From NCBI GenBank assembly GCA_030704615.1, contig CM060732.1, positions 27,528,001 through 27,592,000 of the forward strand: a stretch of 64,000 bases of DNA, written 5' to 3'. A program made the translations under genes and the position numbers. Source of the DNA: Takakia lepidozioides. Taxonomy: Eukaryota; Plantae; Bryophyta. The notes under the pieces are model-generated. The model was given only the letters and a program-made list of their open reading frames with translations, had not been told where the DNA came from and ran no database searches. Position 1 is the first letter of the stretch, and every line of letters starts with the position of its first letter. Positions 61,492-64,000 of the stretch are shown here, one piece after another.

Positions 61492-62395
61492 CAGAGAAAA
61501 AGGCCCCGAATTTCCAGTCTTAGTGGAAGCCACCCTAGGGACTAGCCATTTGTCCCCCAGAATCTGGAAATTCGGCACCATTTTCCCAACTTGTGAGGGC
61601 CCAGAATGGCTGTCCAATGAGGTGCTCGCCACGACACGGGAAAAATGGCGCCGAATTTGCAGTTTAGGTGCCATCCACCCTGGGGACTTCACCATTTCTT
61701 GCCCCCGGAACTGGAAATTCGGCGCCATTTTCTCCCAGTTTGGCCCAAAAATGGCTAAGTCCCAGAAGGGGCTGGCCCCCAACCTGGAAAAATGGCGCCG
61801 AATTTCCAGTGTCGGTGCCAGCCACCCCCGGGACTTGGCCATTTTTGGGGCACGGAACTGGAAATTCGGCGCCATTTTTCCAGGTTAGGTCCGAAAGTGG
61901 CTAAATCCTAGAAAGGGCTGGCCACCAACCTGGAAAAATGGTGCCGAATTACCAGTGTTGGTGCCAGCCACACCCGGGACTTGGCCATTTTTGGGGCACG
62001 GAACTGGAAATTCGGCGTCATTTTTTCTGGTTGGGTCGGAAAGTGGCTAAGTCCCAGAAAGGGCTGGGCCCCAACCTGGAAAAATGGTGCTGAATTTCCA
62101 CTGTCGGTGCTAGCCACCCCCGGGACTTAGCCATTTTCAGGGCACGGAACTGGAAATTCGGCACCATTTTCCCAGGTTGGGTCCAAAAGTGGCCAAGTCC
62201 CAGAAAAGGCTGGGCCCCAACCCGGAAAAATGGCGCCGAATTTCCAGTTTCGGTGCTAGCCACCCAAGGGACAGCCATTTCTGGTGCCCAAAAGTGGAAA
62301 TTTGGCGCCATTTTTCTAGGTTGGGCCCCCAAACGTCTAAGTCCCAGATAGAGCTACCTCGCCCTCGGGAAAAATGGCGCCGAATTACCACTTTC
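61492..62395. repeat. Tandem array of ~146-bp units, each with inverted arms CCTGGAAAAATGGCGCCGAATTTCCAGT / ACTGGAAATTCGGCGCCATTTTTCCAGG
   Basis: Unit starts at ~61492, 61636, 61783, 61929, 62075, 62221 and 62365. Confidence 0.95.
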
Positions 62396-62420
62396 GTTGC
62401 CCGGCACCCTGGGGAGCCTG

Positions 62421-62810
62421 CTCACCCTTTCAACCATATTTGACTGACCTCATACTTGTACGGTACCTTTAAGATGGCATGTGAAATACACTTGCAAAGT
62501 TTCAAAACACTCAAAAATCATTTGATATGTTCATGATTGATTCACCCTTTCAACCATTTTAGATTGACTTGAAACTTGTGAAAGACCTGTAAAATGGCAT
62601 GTGCAAGACACTTGCAAAGTTTCAAATCAATTTAAAATCATTTGGTAGGGGGACGATTGGTTCACCCTTTAAACCATTTTAGATTGATGTCATACTTCAC
62701 AAAGACGTGTAAGAGGGCATGTAGAAGACACTTGCAAAGTTTCGGAGCAATAAAATATCATTTCATTGAGGAAGTTTCCGTTCACCCTTTCATCCAATTT
62801 TGGATTTGTA
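62421..62810. repeat. Diverged 120-bp tandem repeat (just over 3 units)
   Basis: TCACCCTTT at 62422, 62542, 62662 and 62782; ACACTTGCAAAGTTTC recurs at the same period. Confidence 0.9.
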
Positions 62811-64000
62811 CTAAATAAAATGATTTAGAGGGCATAAGATTGTGGATTTGTGGGGCGCAATGATTTTGTTTTTGGCTTGATTTTGTTCTGTGAGTTGAAC
62901 CCTCACACCACCACATCCTTGCCAAAAATTGTACTAAAGAAAAATGTTTGAAAAAAAACATTCATCCTTTGCTCTATGCTCACTATTGCAGAACTCTCTA
63001 TGAAGAGTGCATAAAGTTGAAGATCACTGCACCTTGGAGTGCAAATGAGGGAATAAAATAGTTCCACTGGTCATAGATGTGACAAGTTGCCCCTTACATG
63101 AAACCGTATGGTCTCGATGTCCTCAGTCGGGTGTTGGATCCTAGAGCAAGGGTCATATGTAACGGGAATCCCGATGTGTTCGCAAATGTTGCAAGGTTCA
63201 CCAATAGTTTGATTGGTAAACCTAAAATGACCAATGTATTGTGGGATGAGCGACATGAGGGGGATGTTAGGCTGGCATCCAAGACATCAAATTTTGTTAA
63301 AAGAAATTTTAGAGCAAATTTGACAAAAAAAGATTTCTTAATAATCCAGTTTTTATTTTTCCCCATAAATCTGGGAAGCATCAAGACTGTGCGCTGATGA
63401 TGTGATCTCACCTAGCAGATAGGGTGACATCCTTTTTATTTTTCTTATTTTTTTAAAAATTTAAGTTTTTAAAATTTTCGGGTAGTCCAAGCAGCTTTAA
63501 GCAAATGACAGCAATGATGTGGCATGACAATGGCTTGGCACTATGCACCCTATTAATGAAGTACAAGACAGGAAATTTTGGGTTTGTCTCGGCACCCCTT
63601 GAATTAGTTGAATACTAATGTTGTGCATTATATATTTATGCAGTGGGACTATAAAGGATGACTTCCTGGGCCTCATTGGTGACCCTGGTGGAGCCACATA
63701 GGACCGGTGGTGTGAACAATCCACAGGTTTTTGTGTGGATGCATCCAGCTGCCATTGGGAAGGACAAAGACACAGATGCAGGGTTGGCCATAAACTGAGT
63801 TTGGGCAAAGCTCTCATCAGACGATGCTATTACACTGAGGTGTGGCAGGCTAGCTTTAGGACTTAGGGTTTAGGGTCAGTCAAAATCCTCCTTTCATTAA
63901 TTACCTCCACAAGTCAAGTGCAATTATGGGCTGAGATGCTGCGTAGGCCCCACTACCATTTCCTGTGGATATGCCACAGGAAATGCCCTCAACATCACAT

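Noticed and set aside
63863-63876. Telomeric repeat TTAGGGTTTAGGG
   Set aside because: Only two units; at most a telo-box.

Overview
Eukaryotic, transposon-saturated DNA, most likely from an early-diverging land plant such as a bryophyte (inferred from element types and GT-AG introns). No intact host gene is visible. From left to right: (1) the 3' end of a non-LTR retrotransposon with a restriction-like endonuclease (RLE), whose (TC)n tail sits in a pogo-like DDE pseudogene; (2) an unassigned C-rich degenerate region; (3) CACTA termini enclosing a spliced ubiquitin-like gene remnant and a CACTA transposase, with a hAT element nested inside that in turn carries a young, intact Galadriel-like chromovirus (14914-21883, TSD GTTGA); (4) a Gypsy pol fragment; (5) a second copy of the non-LTR family with the order RT - chromodomain - PCIF1-like adenine-methyltransferase-like segment - RNase H - CCHC; (6) a GCM/SWIM Mutator-like element, with a solo LTR in its transposase intron and a divergent spliced ParB/Srx-like (DGNHR) accessory gene containing 11 copies of a 36-bp palindrome at ~116-bp spacing; (7) a 12-kb non-chromoviral Gypsy with integrase fused in frame to a long accessory coiled-coil ORF; (8) a third Gypsy remnant; (9) remnants of a second Mutator/accessory family with its own ~146-bp inverted-repeat array. 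The best candidates for undescribed systems are the Mutator + ParB-like protein + phased palindrome array and the chromodomain/methyltransferase-like RLE LINE. All domain calls are by-eye motif recognition; no searches were run.
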